Origin: Bilabrum cf. latius | Taxonomy: Eukaryota | Direction of reading: 5' to 3' | Assembly (NCBI GenBank): GCA_965178125.1 | Contig: OZ237735.1 | Location: 1,984,001 to 2,048,000, forward strand | DNA: 64,000 bases | Shown: positions 25,201 to 38,952 of the stretch, piece by piece | Numbering within the stretch: the first letter of the stretch is position 1 | Layout of the letters: each line of letters starts with the position of its first letter | Notes under the pieces: model-generated | The model's input: the letters and a program-made list of their open reading frames with translations, nothing else | Told to the model about the DNA's origin: nothing | Databases searched by the model: none | Program-made: the position numbers and the translations under genes

Positions 25201-25714
25201 TCTACTCAGCATCCCCATCTTCCTTCGATTTTTCAGCCCATGCATCAAGTACGCTTGCCCGTCGGGAAGCCCCCACGCTTTTCAGCATGTCTAACGGCGA
25301 CTACGCCCAGGCGAATGAAGATGCCATCCGTGGCGGAGCCGCTGCACCGCCGGGGAGCTTCGCACGGGCTGAAGCAGGTCGCTCTGCGTCATTATCCGAT
25401 GCCATCATACGTCTAGTGTGATACGATCTCGCGCGGTGTCCCATCTGCCCCCGTGGAGCTGTGGGCCTTGCCGAGGCTGGACGGCTTGAAGCATTCCATC
25501 CAGAGATTGCTGTCGATGCAGGACGCCCCTTCAGCCTCCATCGCCTTGCGGAAACCGGCCTTGTTTTATCAAATTTTCCTGCAGGGTGCACCTCCTAAAA
25601 GTCGAAGGCCTTCTTCTCGCTGCCCTTTGAGCTCCCGGATCTCGCTGAGCGAGGAGATCTCGGTGATCTGGGGCTTCTGGGCCGCTTGGGCGGCGGCGGT
25701 GGAAGTTTCGGCAT
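22205..25714 (-). CDS. Hypothetical ~1,169 aa basic, low-complexity/coiled-coil protein; 5 in-frame TAG
   Basis: ATG at 25714 (MPKLPPPPPKRPRSPRSPRS). One frame through TAG at 25595, 25301, 25202, 23879 and 22589 to TGA at 22205. Lys-rich C-terminus. Confidence 0.7.
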
Positions 25715-25948
25715 CAGTTAGTTCACTTCAGTTAAATTATTAAACTGGGAGAATATTGCTTGGGTCTTGAAAGTCGTATAGAGTGTCTCAGTCGAATCGA
25801 GCCGTTGGCTGTGCTGCAGTTTTGCGACCAACTTGATGAACTTGAAACCGAACGACGGCCCCGGTGCCGCGGATGCAAGAAGAGCAATGCCACTCTGGCG
25901 GTTCGTACAGTGCTTGTGATTACAAACTTATCAAATATGTAGCACAAT

Positions 25949-28900
25949 TCACTGCGATTCCTTCAGGTAGGGATCATGGGACTTGATGAAGTCCTTGGTC
26001 TGCCTGTATAGGTCACCCTCCGGCACACTCGACAGGTCTAGTTCGTGCAAGCTGGCTTGCTTATCGTGCTTTGAGGACGGCGCATCAACGGGCGTGCTCG
26101 CAAGTCCTGGGTCCTACTTTCGCAGCGAGTGCCCCTGTGCCACCTGCGCGGAATCCATGGCGGATTTCTGCGCAGAGGCCGCCATGCGCATGGCGCCGGC
26201 GGTGAGGCGGGCCACCTGAGCCCTAGTCTGCTCTGCCTGCGCCTGCGATTGAGGGGTGGGAAGCACGTCCCCGTCGCCCTGAACACTGGAGGAAATCTTC
26301 GAGCCGAACCCATCACCGAGCTGCCCCAGCTCCGGAGCTCTCTGGCGGGACGCTCCCGACTGAAGGAGGAGGGCAGTTGCCCTCGACAGTGCAGTGCCAG
26401 TCGCAGTGCTAGCTCCTTCAGCCAATTGGCTCCTGCTCCTGCCCGACTCCGAGAGGGCCATTGCAAGCTGGCCCGCCACGTCTGCATCCACCAACACCTG
26501 GCTCCTCGCCTCTGCCTCCGCCTCCGCCTCATCTACCTCGGCTTGGCTCGCGCCTGCCACCGGCACGTCAACACCCTCCGCATGCAGGTCCAGGAAGGAC
26601 TGCACGCCCGGGATGCCGCCTGGTGGACCGCTACGAGGTACCTTGAGGATCGCGCCGCTGGCCACGCCGGCCTCGATGGCGTCTGCCAAGGACTGCTCCT
26701 GCTCCTGCTCCTACTCCTGGCTCGAGTCGGTCTGCAGCAGCGAGCTCGACTGGGGGAAACCGACCCAGTGCCCCCAGTTGCGGTACAAACCGCGAGTACG
26801 GCTCGACAACAGGTAGCACCAGTGATGGTGGCTCCACACGGACGCCTTGCAGCGGCTATCTCTCTCGCACGCCTGGCAGCAATCCACGGCAGACTACGTC
26901 CTAAGCGTCTTGAAGTGGTGGCCCCAGGTCCACCTGAACTGCCGAATGATGCAAGACTTGTACTTGGTGGCCTTGGCGGCATTCCGAGCGGTCTCGGCGG
27001 CCTGCCTCTCCGTCTTGGCGCGGGCTGCCTGCTGGACGGCATCGTTTCGCATCGCGGTAGCGTGCTGCGCATTCTTCTGCACGTTGCTATGGGCGGTCTT
27101 GGCCTTATTGGCCTCGCTCGTTGCACCCGAATGGGCGGTGGCGCTCTCGGAGGCCGCCGATGTTGCGGCCTTCAGCGCTGTTTCGGCGCGGGCCTGCTGC
27201 TCGGCGGCCTTGCCGGCCTGTTCCTTGGCCGTGCCAGCGTGCTGCTCTGCGTTGGTCTGCATCTTTGCCGCAGCGTCCTGGCCCTGGCCTGCCGTGGCAG
27301 CCGCAGACACTGCCTTGTCCGACTGAGCCTTGGCTGCGGCCGCTTGCTCGGTGGCGTGCTAGCCAGCTTCGGTGATGCGCTTGGCCGTGTCCTTGGCCTT
27401 GCCCACCGCACCCGCGACCGCCTTGCTGCTCGTCTCGGCCCCGCTCGCCGCCGCCTGGGCCGCCTTGAGCTTGGCAGACACCGAGTCGTGCGCCTTGCTG
27501 GCGGATGCCTCCGCAGAAGCAGCCTTCTTGGCGTGAGTGTCGGCACTGTTCTCTGAAGCACCGGCTGCATCGGCGCTGGCCTTGCCCTTGGCGGCATGGC
27601 TCGAAGCAGCGACCTTGGCGGCCTTTGCAGCCTTTGCCATGTCGCCCGATGCGGCGGCGGCCTTGCCGGCCGCCTCCTCCAGGCCAGCAGAGGCCGTGGC
27701 CTGGGCCTCGCTCACGCGCTTGTCCCGGGCCGCGTTCTCGGCGTGCTTGGCGGCAGCAGCCGACTCGCTCGAGGCAGACTCAGCCGAGCCAGCGGCTGCA
27801 GCCATGCTGCCTGCCGCGGCCTGCGCATTGCTTGCGGTCGTCTGGCGGCTCTCCTTGGTCGCCGCCGCGAGCTGCTCGGCTGACTTGGCGGCCTCGCTCG
27901 CGCGGCCTGCCTCGGCGTCAATGCGCGCGTGCTTGGCCTTCATCTGCTTCTCGATGTCCTTGGCGTCGCTGAGGGCAGACTCGGCGCCCTCGCGGTGTCC
28001 GAGCGTGGTCTCTGTATGCTTCTTGGCCAGCTCCTGCTGCGCCTTCGCGTCGGCCGCTGCCCTGTCAGCGCCCTTCTTGGCCCGAGCAGAGTCCTTGGAG
28101 GCCTCGAGAGCATCCTCGGCCTCCGTGTCGGCGCGCTCGGCCAGGCTCTGCGCCCGCTTCATGGCCTTCGCAGAGGCATCCATGGCTTCCTAGGACGTGG
28201 TGGAGTGGTCCTCCGCCTTATTCTCCGCCTCGTCTGCTGCCGCGCGGCTCGCCTTTGCGGCTACGCTCGACGCCGAGGCGTCCTCGAGGTGCTCCTCGGC
28301 GGCGGCGGCGGCCTCCGCGGCGTCGCTGCGCATTTCGGCGCTCGTCTTGGCGCTGGTGTTCGCGCTCAGCTCACTGTTGGCTGCCTCGGTGCGGGAGACG
28401 TTAGCGTTGCTGGCGTGCTCGCCCGTCAGCTCCTCCATCTTTTCGGCGCGGTCGGCGTGCTCCTTGGAGGCGGAGGCGGCGGCCAGCGTTGCATTCCTGT
28501 GAGCAAAGGTGGTCTGGCTGGAGGTGAGGCTCTCCGTCGCCTCCTTCTCTGCATCGTCCGCGTGCGAGCGTGCCACGGTGACCGCGTGCTTCGCCGTCTT
28601 CTCGCTCTCCTTGGACTCGAATTCCGCGCCCTCTGCCCTGCCTGCGTGCCTCGCAGCCTCGTTGGACTGCTCGAATGCCTCCTCGGCCTCGTCCTGAGCG
28701 GCCTGCGAGCTGCTCTTGGCGTGGTCCGCGTGCTCCACGCTGATCTGGGCGCTCATCTCAGCAGAGTGCGCGTGGATCTTAGCTTTGGTTGCCATCTCGG
28801 TCGCAGTGTTGCTCCGTTCAGCAGACTTGGCGTCGTTGGCAGCTGCCTGCCCCTCAAGCTTCTTTGCCGCAGCTTCCGATGCTTCCGTTGCGATGCGCGC

Positions 28901-31900
28901 TGCGGTGGCGTTGCGAGCGAACTTGGCCGCGCTTACCTCGTGCTTGATTGTCTCCTTGACCGAAGCAGTGGCGTTGCTAGACTGACCCGCCGCGCGTTCC
29001 TCCTGCTCCGCCGCGATGTCGGTCTCCTTCTTGGCCAAGTCGCGCTCGGCCACAGCCGCGGCTAGCTGGGTTGCCGTGCGGTTCTGCTGCTGGGTGGCGT
29101 CCTGGCTAAAGTCCTTGGCTTCCCCGGCCGCCTGGTTGGCGTGCTCCGCAGCCTCCTGCGCTGACCGCCGCGCGCTCTCGGTGAGGTTCGAGGTCTTGGC
29201 CATCTCGACGGCTGACTCCGCGGCCTTCCTGGCGGCATCCTCGGCCTGCTCCACGCGCTCTGCAGTGGCGTTGAGGGCCAGCTCCGCGTCTGCGCGAGAT
29301 ACGGCGGTTAGGTTCGACGCCTTCATTGCGCGCTGCGCCGCTGCAGACGCCACCTTGGCAGCCTGGATGGCACGGTTAGCGGCATCCATCGCGATCTGGT
29401 CATCGCCACTCAGGCCCGAGGCTTCCTGTTCCTAGGGCTTGCGCTCCAGCGGGACCGGAACCACGACGACGTCGTCGCCGCTGCTGCTGCTACCATCAGA
29501 GGCCGGGGCAGCTGCCTGCTGGCTTGCTGGGGCATTTACGGCCTGTGCGCTTGCTGGCTCTAGCACAGCCTCGGCTTGCGTGGGCGCTGCCGGCATGGCA
29601 GGAACAGCCGGTGCCAAGGGTGGCGTTGCAGGCTCCTGCCGACTGCCACGCAATCTGCGAGCCCGAGACCGAGCTGCAACACCCTTAGAGCTGCCAGCCG
29701 ATTGCAGGAGAGCAGCACTTGTGTGGTGGCCGTGAATGGCAGTAGAGATACCGGCGGGACCAGTCGAAACCACCACGGTGCCCCCATGTGACGTCTGCAC
29801 CGAGGGCTGAGACACGACCATGGGAGCGGCCGCTGCTGCATTCTTGGTGGCCTTCGCGGGGTACCTCCAGCCGGTAGAGGACGAAAGCGACGGCGAGCGG
29901 GTGACCGGGGTTGCGACAGCTGCTGCTGGCTCATCCGACGGGACGTCTGCAGGGACGCCCACCTCCACAACGTGCTATGTGGTCACAGATGGTGGTCCAA
30001 AATTCGCGGGGCCCACGGGCAGGGCACTCGCACTGGATGGCCCAGCGCCAGCTGGCACAGCATTGGGCGCTGCACCCACGGTGACACGGTAGTATGAGTG
30101 CCTGGCGGCATCCCCGCCATCCAAACCATCGAATAGGCCAGCACCGCCTCCGACGCTGCCACCGAAACCGCCATTGAATTGGGCCGCGCCGCAGGCTGCC
30201 TCAATCGAATCGAGCTGGGCTCGCGAGCGCTCAAGCACCGACTGCGCCCGGCGCACCACTGCCTCCCGCTCTCGCAAGCGGCGGAACGCACCCGCAGCCG
30301 CATCGGGGCGGACTGGGCCTGCTGCTGCGCTGCCCAGAGAAGACTGCGCCTGCCGCTGGGCCGCCGCCTCCGCCACTACCGCAAGCGACATAGCATGCTC
30401 GGCTGCTACCACGGCCGCCTGCGAGCGGGCCAGCCGCGCCTCGCAGTTGGCAGAGGACAGCTGCTCGGGGGCCTGCTGCATGCAGCCCTGCGAGGGAGCA
30501 GCGCCGACGCACTTGGCCATGGGAAGGGGCTTGAAGGCAGGCATGCCACCCTGCATGGCCAGGTCCAGCTCCGCCGCCTGGGTCATACCCGCTGCGCCTG
30601 GCATTCCACCCAGCTGCATCAGCATGGAAGCCTCCACGCCATCCAGCGGGGACTCGCCCTTGACGGACTAGATGGGCTCGGCCAGTGCCCCGCCCAGCTT
30701 CTCCTCGAGCTTCTTCTGCGCATGCCCGGCGGACTTGCTCAGCTCGGGGGACCCCTTGGCGGCGTCGATCATGTCCTTCGCACCGGCCTCGCCGCCACCG
30801 CCCACAGCTGCCGCGGCCTGCTTCTCGGCCTCCACCGTCATGCGCTCGTCCTCCTCGCGGTCCTCCTCGGCCGTGGCCTTGGCACCCTCTGCCGCAGCCA
30901 CAGCGCGGTCGTGCAACCGCTTCAGCACACCCTCGGCGCTGCCTGCCACGCTCAAGCTGTGCTGCAGCTGCTGACGGAGCACCTCCTCATTCTGGGCATC
31001 CTGCGCGCTCTGCTGGCTGTCGTTCACGCACTCGGGCTCCAGCTTCACCTCGCCGGACTCCTCGCTCGCAAGGGCCTCCTTGGCGTCGCACACCTGCTTG
31101 CTCAGGGCCTCCACGGCCTCACGGGCCTGGTCCGCATGCGCCAGCGCCTTGACCACCACGGCTGCAGCCTTCTCGGCGTCTGCGTGGCGCTACTCCTCCT
31201 CCACGGATGCAGCGCGCACCTTGGCATCGGCGGTCTGCACAGCCTGCTTGGGACCCTCCAGCGACACAGTGCCACTGGAAGCGCTCGCGGCGGCGTGCTG
31301 CGCCTGCTGCTCGGCATCCGTCAGGCATTGCTGCGCAGAGTTGAGCTCTGCGTCCGCCGCTCGCCTCTGCTTACTGGCCTCCTGCGCGGCTGCCTGCGCC
31401 TTAGAGCTGGCCTCCCTGGCTCCTGCCAGCGTGGCAGTGGCCTGGTTGGACTCGGACTTGGCGTGCGACAGACGGGCCTGGGCCAGAGCCAGCAGTGCCT
31501 CGTGCAGACCGGCGGTGGCGTCCTGCAGCTTCTTCACGGCGTCCTGCCGCTTCTACTCTGCGGCCTCCAGCTCGGCCACCACGGCCACGCCGCCCTCCCT
31601 GGCCTTCTGCAGGTCGGCCAGCGAGTCGTCGATGCGACCCGCGTGCGAGGTCCACGTGGCCAGCTGCTGCCTAGTGGGCGCCGCCTTCTCCTCGGAGAGA
31701 GCGTCCGCGCTGGGAGTGTCTTCCAGATCGAGGGCCATGCGAGCCGTCTCCACGGCCGACTCGGCGCGCCTGCCGCTGGTCCTCAGCTCACGGGCCGTGC
31801 CACGCACCTTGGGGAACACAGAGCTCACCTCCTGGGCAGCTGCCTTCAGCTCTTCCTTGCCGTCGGCATACTCCTGCTGCTTGCTGCGCACCTTGGCTTC

Positions 31901-34900
31901 TGCCTGGCGCACAGCCTCCAGCGGCGTCAAGTCCTCGCTTTCCACGGCGGACTCGCTCTCGGCTTCCTCTTGCTCCGTGGCCTCCTCGCCGTCCTTGTCC
32001 GAAGAGGGCAGAGGCTCGCCGGACTCCAGGCGCTCCAGAGTACCCGCTGCCTCCTCCACCTTCTCGGCGCTCTCCCCGTCCTGCAGGCTGCTCACGCGGT
32101 GCATGGCCGACTCGATCGCGCTAGCAGCACCGGAGGACGCGGACGACCGCACAGATCGGAACTTGGCGTCATCCGCACCCTCAGCCACAGTAGAGTCCTC
32201 AGCAACAGTAGAGTCCTCAGCAACAGTAGACTTCTCAGCAACAGTAGAGTCATCAGCAACAGTAGAGTTCTCAGCCACAGTAGAGTTCTCACCCACAGTG
32301 GGGTCCTCAGTCGCGGTGGGGTCTTCAGCCACAGTGGGGTCCTCAGCCACAGTAGAGTCCTCAGTCGCGGTGGTGTTCTCCTCCGCAAGGGTGCCGTTCG
32401 CCACCATGGCCGCCTCAGTGTCCGGGCTCTCGTCGTCCATGTCCATCTCCGTGCCCTCTGTAGTGTCCATGTCAGCCTGGTCCTGGATGGCGCTGCCGGC
32501 CTCTGCCACGGACTCTTCCTCCACCATCTGCTCGAGGCTCTTGCCACCCATGGGATCCTCCTCTTCAGGGGCCTCCTCTTCCACAATGTCCTCCTATTCA
32601 GGGGCCTCCTCTTCCACAGGGGCCTCCTCGGACGATGGCATGGGCATGGGCATGGGCACCGGCACGGCATACGGCACCATCACCACCTTAACGTCGCTGC
32701 CGTCGGGACCAACGGGGCCGTGCATGCCCTCGTCGATCGTGGGCATGTCCTCGGCCTGCTGCATGGCGCTCGAGATGCGCTCTGTCTGCTGCTCTGACTC
32801 GTCGTACTGGCTGATGCTCTCGCCCTCATGCCCACCTGCAGCGACATAGTCTAACTCAGCGGGCTCTTCATCCTGAGCGGGCTCGTCGACCACCGCATCG
32901 TCTTCTTCGTCTTCAACAGCATCGCCGCCTTCCATGATGGAGCCAAGTCTCGGGCTCTCAGCGGAATGTACCCGAATCACCAGCACGCTCTTCGGCTGAA
33001 AGTGCGATTGATCCAGGACGACATCGGATCCCATCGTGCTCTGCAGCGAGCCCGTGCCCGCCTCTGTGCACTAGCCACCATCGCAGGATGCCTCGTAGTC
33101 TTTGCCGGACTACTCCGCCACGGGTGTCTGCTAATCAGCTGTGGCGGGCTCGTCATCCTCAGCGGGCGCGTCATCCTGAGCAGGCGCGTCATCCTGAGCA
33201 ACATCGTCATCCTGAGCAACATCGTCATCCTTAGCGGGATCGCCAACCACCGCATCGCCTTCTTCGTCTTCAACAGCATCGCCGCCTTCCATGACTGAGC
33301 CGAGCACCAGCACGCTCTTCGGCTGAAAGTGCGATCGATCAAGGACGACATCGGATCCCATCGTGCTCTGCAGCGAGCCCGTACCCGCCTCTGTGCACTA
33401 GCCACCATCGCAAGATGCCTCGTAGTCTTCGCCGGACTACTCCGCCACGGGTGTCTGCTCACTGGCTGTGGCTAGGGCAGAGCAAGAGTTGATGCTGACA
33501 CCAGGTGACGACCCGGACACCAGGGCAACCACATCGTGTTCAGCCCCGAACCGAGCCACGCACAGCGATCCGCTCGATGCTGCGTCTTCGCGGGCCACGC
33601 AGCTGCCAGACGGCCCCGTGCTGCACCACGCGCACTGCTGCAGGATGGCGCACCCGTCGCAGCTCTGCATGGTGGGGCACAGCCCGCGGGCCACCTCGAT
33701 CGAGTGCGAGCCAGTCTCGCCGTACGTGCTGGGGACACCGAAGCTCTCGCTGGACTCCTATTCGCTGATCTTACCCTCCTCAGCAGACGAGCTGGACTCG
33801 CTGTCAGGCTCAGAGGCACCGGTCGACACGCCAACGCCCGCGAACCCAGTGCTCACAACACGGCGGAGGGGCGAAGTCGACAAGGCAGAAGCGGCGGCGA
33901 CTGGCTTGGCATCGGGCGCAGCATCCTCCTTATTCGCACCGCTCAAGGCCTGCTCCACTTCATCGGCCAGTTCGTTCGAGTCCTGGTTCGACTCGCTTGC
34001 AGGCTCCTCCTTGTCCTTGCCTACGACTTCATCGGTCTCGGCCAGCAGCTCCTCGATGGACTCGTCCTCGGCCTGCTTGCGCGCTGCAAGCCGGCGGCTG
34101 TGCCTGGCACCGACCTGCATGAGCATGGCGGCCTCGGCGGTACCGTCCTCGTGCTCCTGCAGCTTCTTGACCAGCTCCAGGGCGCGATCCACACGCTCAC
34201 TGACAGCCTTCTCCTTCTCCACAGACTCATCATAGCCAGAGCTGATGATATCCTTTGCCTTGGCTTCCTCTTCTTCTTCGTCCTTGTCGACTTTTTCCTC
34301 CTCGCCCTCTGCTGCATCCTTGGCGAGCTTGAGTGCGCTGTCAACGTGCTCTGTAGCCGCCTCCTCGCTCTTTCCGTCTTCTTCCTCCTCCTGCACGTCC
34401 TCGCCATCGGCCTTGGCCAGCTTCTGGCGAGCCGCCTGCAGCTTCTGCAGCTTGGCGGTGGCATCACGGAGCGCCTCCACAGAGGTCGCAGATCCAGCGT
34501 CCACGTCGCCCTCATCATCTCTAGACTCCTTCGCGGCCTCCTGCAGCTCATTGGCCTTCTCCCGAACTACAGCGCGCTCCTTGGCGATGGCCTTGTTCAC
34601 GGCCTCGCGCAGCTTGGCCAGGTGCTGCTTCTTGGCCAGGTCCATGGCCTCGGAACCCTCCTCCTTGGCAGCATGCACCTGCTTGCGGGACTTCCAGAGC
34701 TCGTCCAGCACGTCCTGCAGTTGCTCCTGGGCCTCGTCGCGCTCCTGACGGGCGTCCTTGAGGGCGTCCTGCAGCACTTGCACCACGGTCGGTCCCTTGT
34801 GCACTTTAGCCTTGGGGGCTGGGGCTACTTCGGCCTTGGACGGCGTCGCCTTCTCTTCCTTCTCCTCTTCTAGCTCTTCCTAAACCTCTTCCGCGGCCTC

Positions 34901-37250
34901 TTCGATCTTGGCCTGCTCCTTCTCTGCCTCCTTAGTCATGGGCCCCGCGTCCTTGGGGGTCTCCACCTTGGGGGCCTTCTCGCCAGGGGCCGGGGCGCTC
35001 ACAGGGACGGGCACGTCAATGCCCTTCTTCTTGAGAACCTTGGCGACCTCTGCCTCCTCCTCGATGGCCTCGTCCAAGGACTCCTTCTCGACCTCCTCGG
35101 GCACGGCAGGCGGCTCTCCGCTCTTCTTGTCCTCGGCCGAGGGCTCGGGCAGGGGCACACCGTCGAGGTCCTCCTCGCCCTACGCCTTGGCGACCTCCTT
35201 GACGGCATCGCTGGAGTCGGCGGCGCTGGATCCAGCATCTTCTCCGACTTCGCCGTCGGCCTCAGTGGGGGGCTCGTCCCCTCCCACTGCCTCCGGGGGA
35301 GGCAGCTCGCCCTGGGTCTCTTTGGGCGGTTCGTCAGCGGCTTCCTTCTCCGCTTCTGCAACCGCTTCTTTCTTTTCTTCCGCCTCTTCTTTGGCTTCGG
35401 CCTCGTCCTCCGCGTCCTCCTCCGCCTCAGCTACTTCCTGGTCCTCCTTCAACTTATCGTTCTCTTCAGCGAGGTCCTCTACTGCTGCCTTCAGCTGATC
35501 CAGTTCCTTAGGATCATCCTTGACTGCTTCCTTAGCCTCCTTGGCCTCATCCTTTGCCTCCTTGACCTGCTTGTTCAGGTCTTCCAGCTCTGCCTCCACA
35601 GCGCTCAGGATCTTGCTGCTCTTCTCTTCATCCTCTTCATCCTTGGACTACTCAGAGGCACCGACATCCACGTCGGCAGACGCACCGGCAGAGGCCGCGT
35701 AGCCCGCGGCCATTTGCTGCGTGGGCGCCTCTCCGAGCATGGCATGGCCCGCGGTTTGGGCACTCCTGCCGTTGCCAGCGGTACCGTACATTACAGAGGC
35801 AGCCTTCTCCTTCACTTCCATGGCTGTTCCGCCAGCCGCCAACATGATACGGTCCAGGGCCATGGACCGCAGCTGCATCAGCGCAGCCCCGGGGGCCTCC
35901 TCGCCCTCTCCACCCTCCTCCACCTACTCTTCGCCCCCGGCTGCTGCCTCCTCAGACTCTGCACCCTCGGCCCCCTCCTCCTCATCGCCCTTGTCCTCGG
36001 ACACAGCGCCCTGCCCGTCCATCTTCAGGTTGATTATCACCGTGGGACTGCCCACCTGCACGCTGTGGTGCTGCGTGCTCGTGTGGATGCAGTCCCCCCC
36101 ATCCGACTCGCCTCCATCGCAGCTCGCGTAAGCCTCAGCCACCGCGCTCACCTCACCACCAGAGGATGCAGCTCCATAGGCGCTGGACTCAGCATATCCA
36201 TCATCTAGTCCATCGACCCCTTCGTCCATCGGGGCAGCAGATCCATCATCTAGTCCGTCGACCCCTTCGCCCATCAAGGCGATTCGGGCCCGCTCCAGCG
36301 CCTCCTCTGCATCCGTGGCAGTCGAGGCCTGCCCCTGGATCTCACCGCCCACCACGGCCACGCCGCTCGACACAGGGGAAGAAGCAGGTGTAGAGGCCTG
36401 CGCGCTCCCGCTGCTGCAGAGGTCTGGGTTGCTCACCCACCGCCCGTCGGGGCACTCCGACATGGTGCGCTGCTTGGTTGCAACCGGTGCGGCGGCCTGG
36501 GGAGCAGGAGCAGCCACCGGCTTCGCAGGGGCTGGGGCAGGGGCAGCTGCTGGAGCCTTGGGTGCTCCCACGGCTGGAGCAGCTGCAGCCGGGGCGGGCT
36601 TGAGAGCCGCGGGCTGGGCAGGGGCAGGGGCAGGGGCAGCGGCTGCGGCGGGTGCCGGAGCCTGAGGCTGAGGCGCAGCTGGCGCAGCGGCCTGGGCCTG
36701 TTCTCCCCCGTTGGAGCTATCATGCTGTGCTTTGAAGTGTTCCACGGCCTAATTGACCTTGGCCTGCACCGCGGCTGGCAGCTCGCCCATCTGGACCTGC
36801 TGGCCGCCTGTGGGTGTGGTCTGTTCAGATTCACGCCCTTGCTATCTTCCGCGCAATCGAACTGATGACCTAACTCTGTTACCCTGCAATGAATAAAAGG
36901 CGGAAAGGGTCTTAATACTCGATAGTACCGTGAGCATGAAGCACGGAGCAGTCGTCAAGTGCGGCTAGCAGTGCTAGGTGCCAATAGCATGATTCTCACC
37001 CTTACGGTAGCCGCCAATCCAGACTGAACGCCTACATTGCAAAAGACTGCATCGAAATATAAATACGCAATAAGAGATACAGTGTTAAGGATTGTACGTA
37101 CCAAACCAAAGACATGGATTTCTGTGTGGATTGCTTGAGAGACGTTTGAAGTCTTGGTCATCCTCTCTGTGTCTCACTTCCTACCAGATACAATGTTAAA
37201 ACTAATAGTATGATACTGACGGGCCTCCTTGCCCCGCATATCATCACCAT
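25949..37250 (-). CDS. Giant secreted acidic/Ala-rich coiled-coil protein with PSI-like and PAN/apple-like Cys modules, paralogue A (~3,684 aa); model complement(join(25949..36883,37000..37046,37178..37250))
   Basis: All large minus-strand ORFs from 26114 to 36745 share one frame and are broken only by about 23 TAGs; TGA at 25949-25951. Exons of 73 and 47 nt give a signal peptide (MVMICGARRPVSIILLVLTLYLVGIFC..). Cys modules CPTMQSCDGCAILQQCAWC and SAVDCCQACERDSRCKASVWSHHHWCYL. Confidence 0.85.
30190..36814 (-). repeat. Left arm of ~6.6-kb near-identical inverted duplication
   Basis: The reverse complement matches 39393-45960 almost base for base, and the ORF track shows matching translations. 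Exceptions are a replaced segment (~35330-35850), an indel near 34800 and repeat copy-number changes. Confidence 0.92.
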
Positions 37251-37336
37251 ACCTCACAAACTTGGGGTTTTGATGCTGCTGCCTGCGCTGGCTTCTGGTG
37301 TTGGTTTTGGAACTAAGTACACCTTACTTCAAAAAA

Positions 37337-38805
37337 TCAGCTCAAGGCTCCAAACCCACCAATCATGCCACAAAACTCCGGATCAACAAGAGCTTTGTAT
37401 TCAATCGCACGATCGATGCTAAATGAAAAGGCATCTCCACCACATCCACATCCTGAGTCTGCCACGAAGTCTCCAGAAGGCTCACTAGGTCGCTCGCTGG
37501 AGCCAGGCACCGCTCCGGGGTGCGTCATGATCTCAAGGAGCGGGGGCGGCACGCCGCGCCCAGCCCCTTCTTGCCGCTGTAGGAGCCTCTTGATAGCTGG
37601 TCTCGCACACATCATTACATTCTCTTTGGTAAGTTCCGGTCCCGACAGAGTGAAACCAACGAACGCATCGCAGCACCGGAAGCCCGCCGCTTCGAAGAGC
37701 GCGCGTGCACGCTTCGCTTGCTCTGATACCTCGACGTAGAAATCAGCCCGAGCTGGCTCGATGCCTAGAATTCTACCTGTCCGTTTGAGCCCAGAAATGC
37801 TCCTATCACCTAACCCAGATGCAGCTGACGCCATGCCAGACACCCCGTCCCGTTGCTCCTCGTAAGCCTCCACGACGTATTTTCCCTCCTCGGGCTCCAT
37901 CTCGGGGACTCGAATCGACACGTCCAGGCCGCTCGCCCGAAGAACAGCCCTAGTGTCTGCAGCAAGGGCGAGATCAGCAGCCGACAGCCTTGCCGAGTGC
38001 CCTTGCGCGCTGCCAATGCTTGCTCGCCCGCCAGCACCCATTGCTCTCCCGAACTAATCGGGCCACTTATAGGCTGCAGGGGTGCGTCTTGACTTGAGGT
38101 CTGTTGGATCGTCTGCTAAATTTGCAAGCTCCCGCTACAATTCAGAAACGACAGCTCGCTTTGCCTGCTTTGCCATTGCGATTAAGCAACCGAGCGACGC
38201 GACCGCCGACACCAGAGCGCGAGCAACACCGCTGGTGACATGTACATGCTGGTGCCCATCAATGTGAATTATATCATGACTATTTTTGTCGCTGTCACCG
38301 GCTGCCCTTCTGCTGCCTGTGCCACTACTATGACAAACGAACAGCAGTAGCTGCGCTCGGACCTCCCTGTCAAGGTCATCCTACATGATTTGACCATGCA
38401 TAAGCGCAGCTCTGAGCCCGATCTTACCACGAAAATGTCCATGCGTGCCTAATCGCTATGATGTGGGACACGGCGATGATTTCGATACCAATGAAGTTGA
38501 GCATCCCAGCACTGGGGTACCCTCTGATACATTCAAGTGAAGGTTGACCGGGATCTTGGCTCGACTACAGCGCAGAAACATATCATGCATAGATAACCCG
38601 TTCATCATTATTGAAGTTCTCGAAACACAACCATGCCTAGCGGCATAAATCTGCATGTGATAGGAACGGTATTCCGAATACCTAATTTGAATGGATTATG
38701 TTTCGTAAGAACCCAAAAATTGTTAGCCAAACTTACAATCGCGTCATCTCTCCATTTGGAATATCCTCCGTCATCTGCAGTGATGATTACTGACACATTT
38801 GCCAT
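37337..38805 (-). CDS. YDJC: YdjC/ChbG-family carbohydrate deacetylase; model complement(join(37337..38650,38737..38805)); 4 in-frame TAG
   Basis: Family motifs IITADDGG, SIMMNG, LHLNVSEG, EVRAQL, HIDGHQHVH, EIMTHPG and DRAIEYKAL, in order. Intron GTAAGT...ATGCAG. TAG at 38456, 38381, 38135 and 38054; TGA stop. Confidence 0.88.
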
Positions 38806-38952
38806 GAAAATGGAAACTGCTTGAAGTTGCACTTTGTCATTTTACAATCCGAATAGGCACGACAATCAAGAGATAAAAATAGATGCCCGGTTCCGTTTGA
38901 CTGCGCGGCGCCTACCAAAAGCCAGCGCGTTGGTACAAGCACTGTGACTGCC

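Noticed and set aside
30179-32797. Long antisense and alternate-frame ORFs (e.g. 872 aa here, 890 aa at 60643-63315, 630 aa at 40737-42629)
   Set aside because: These are shadow ORFs of GC-rich coding sequence on the opposite strand, with no recognisable domains.
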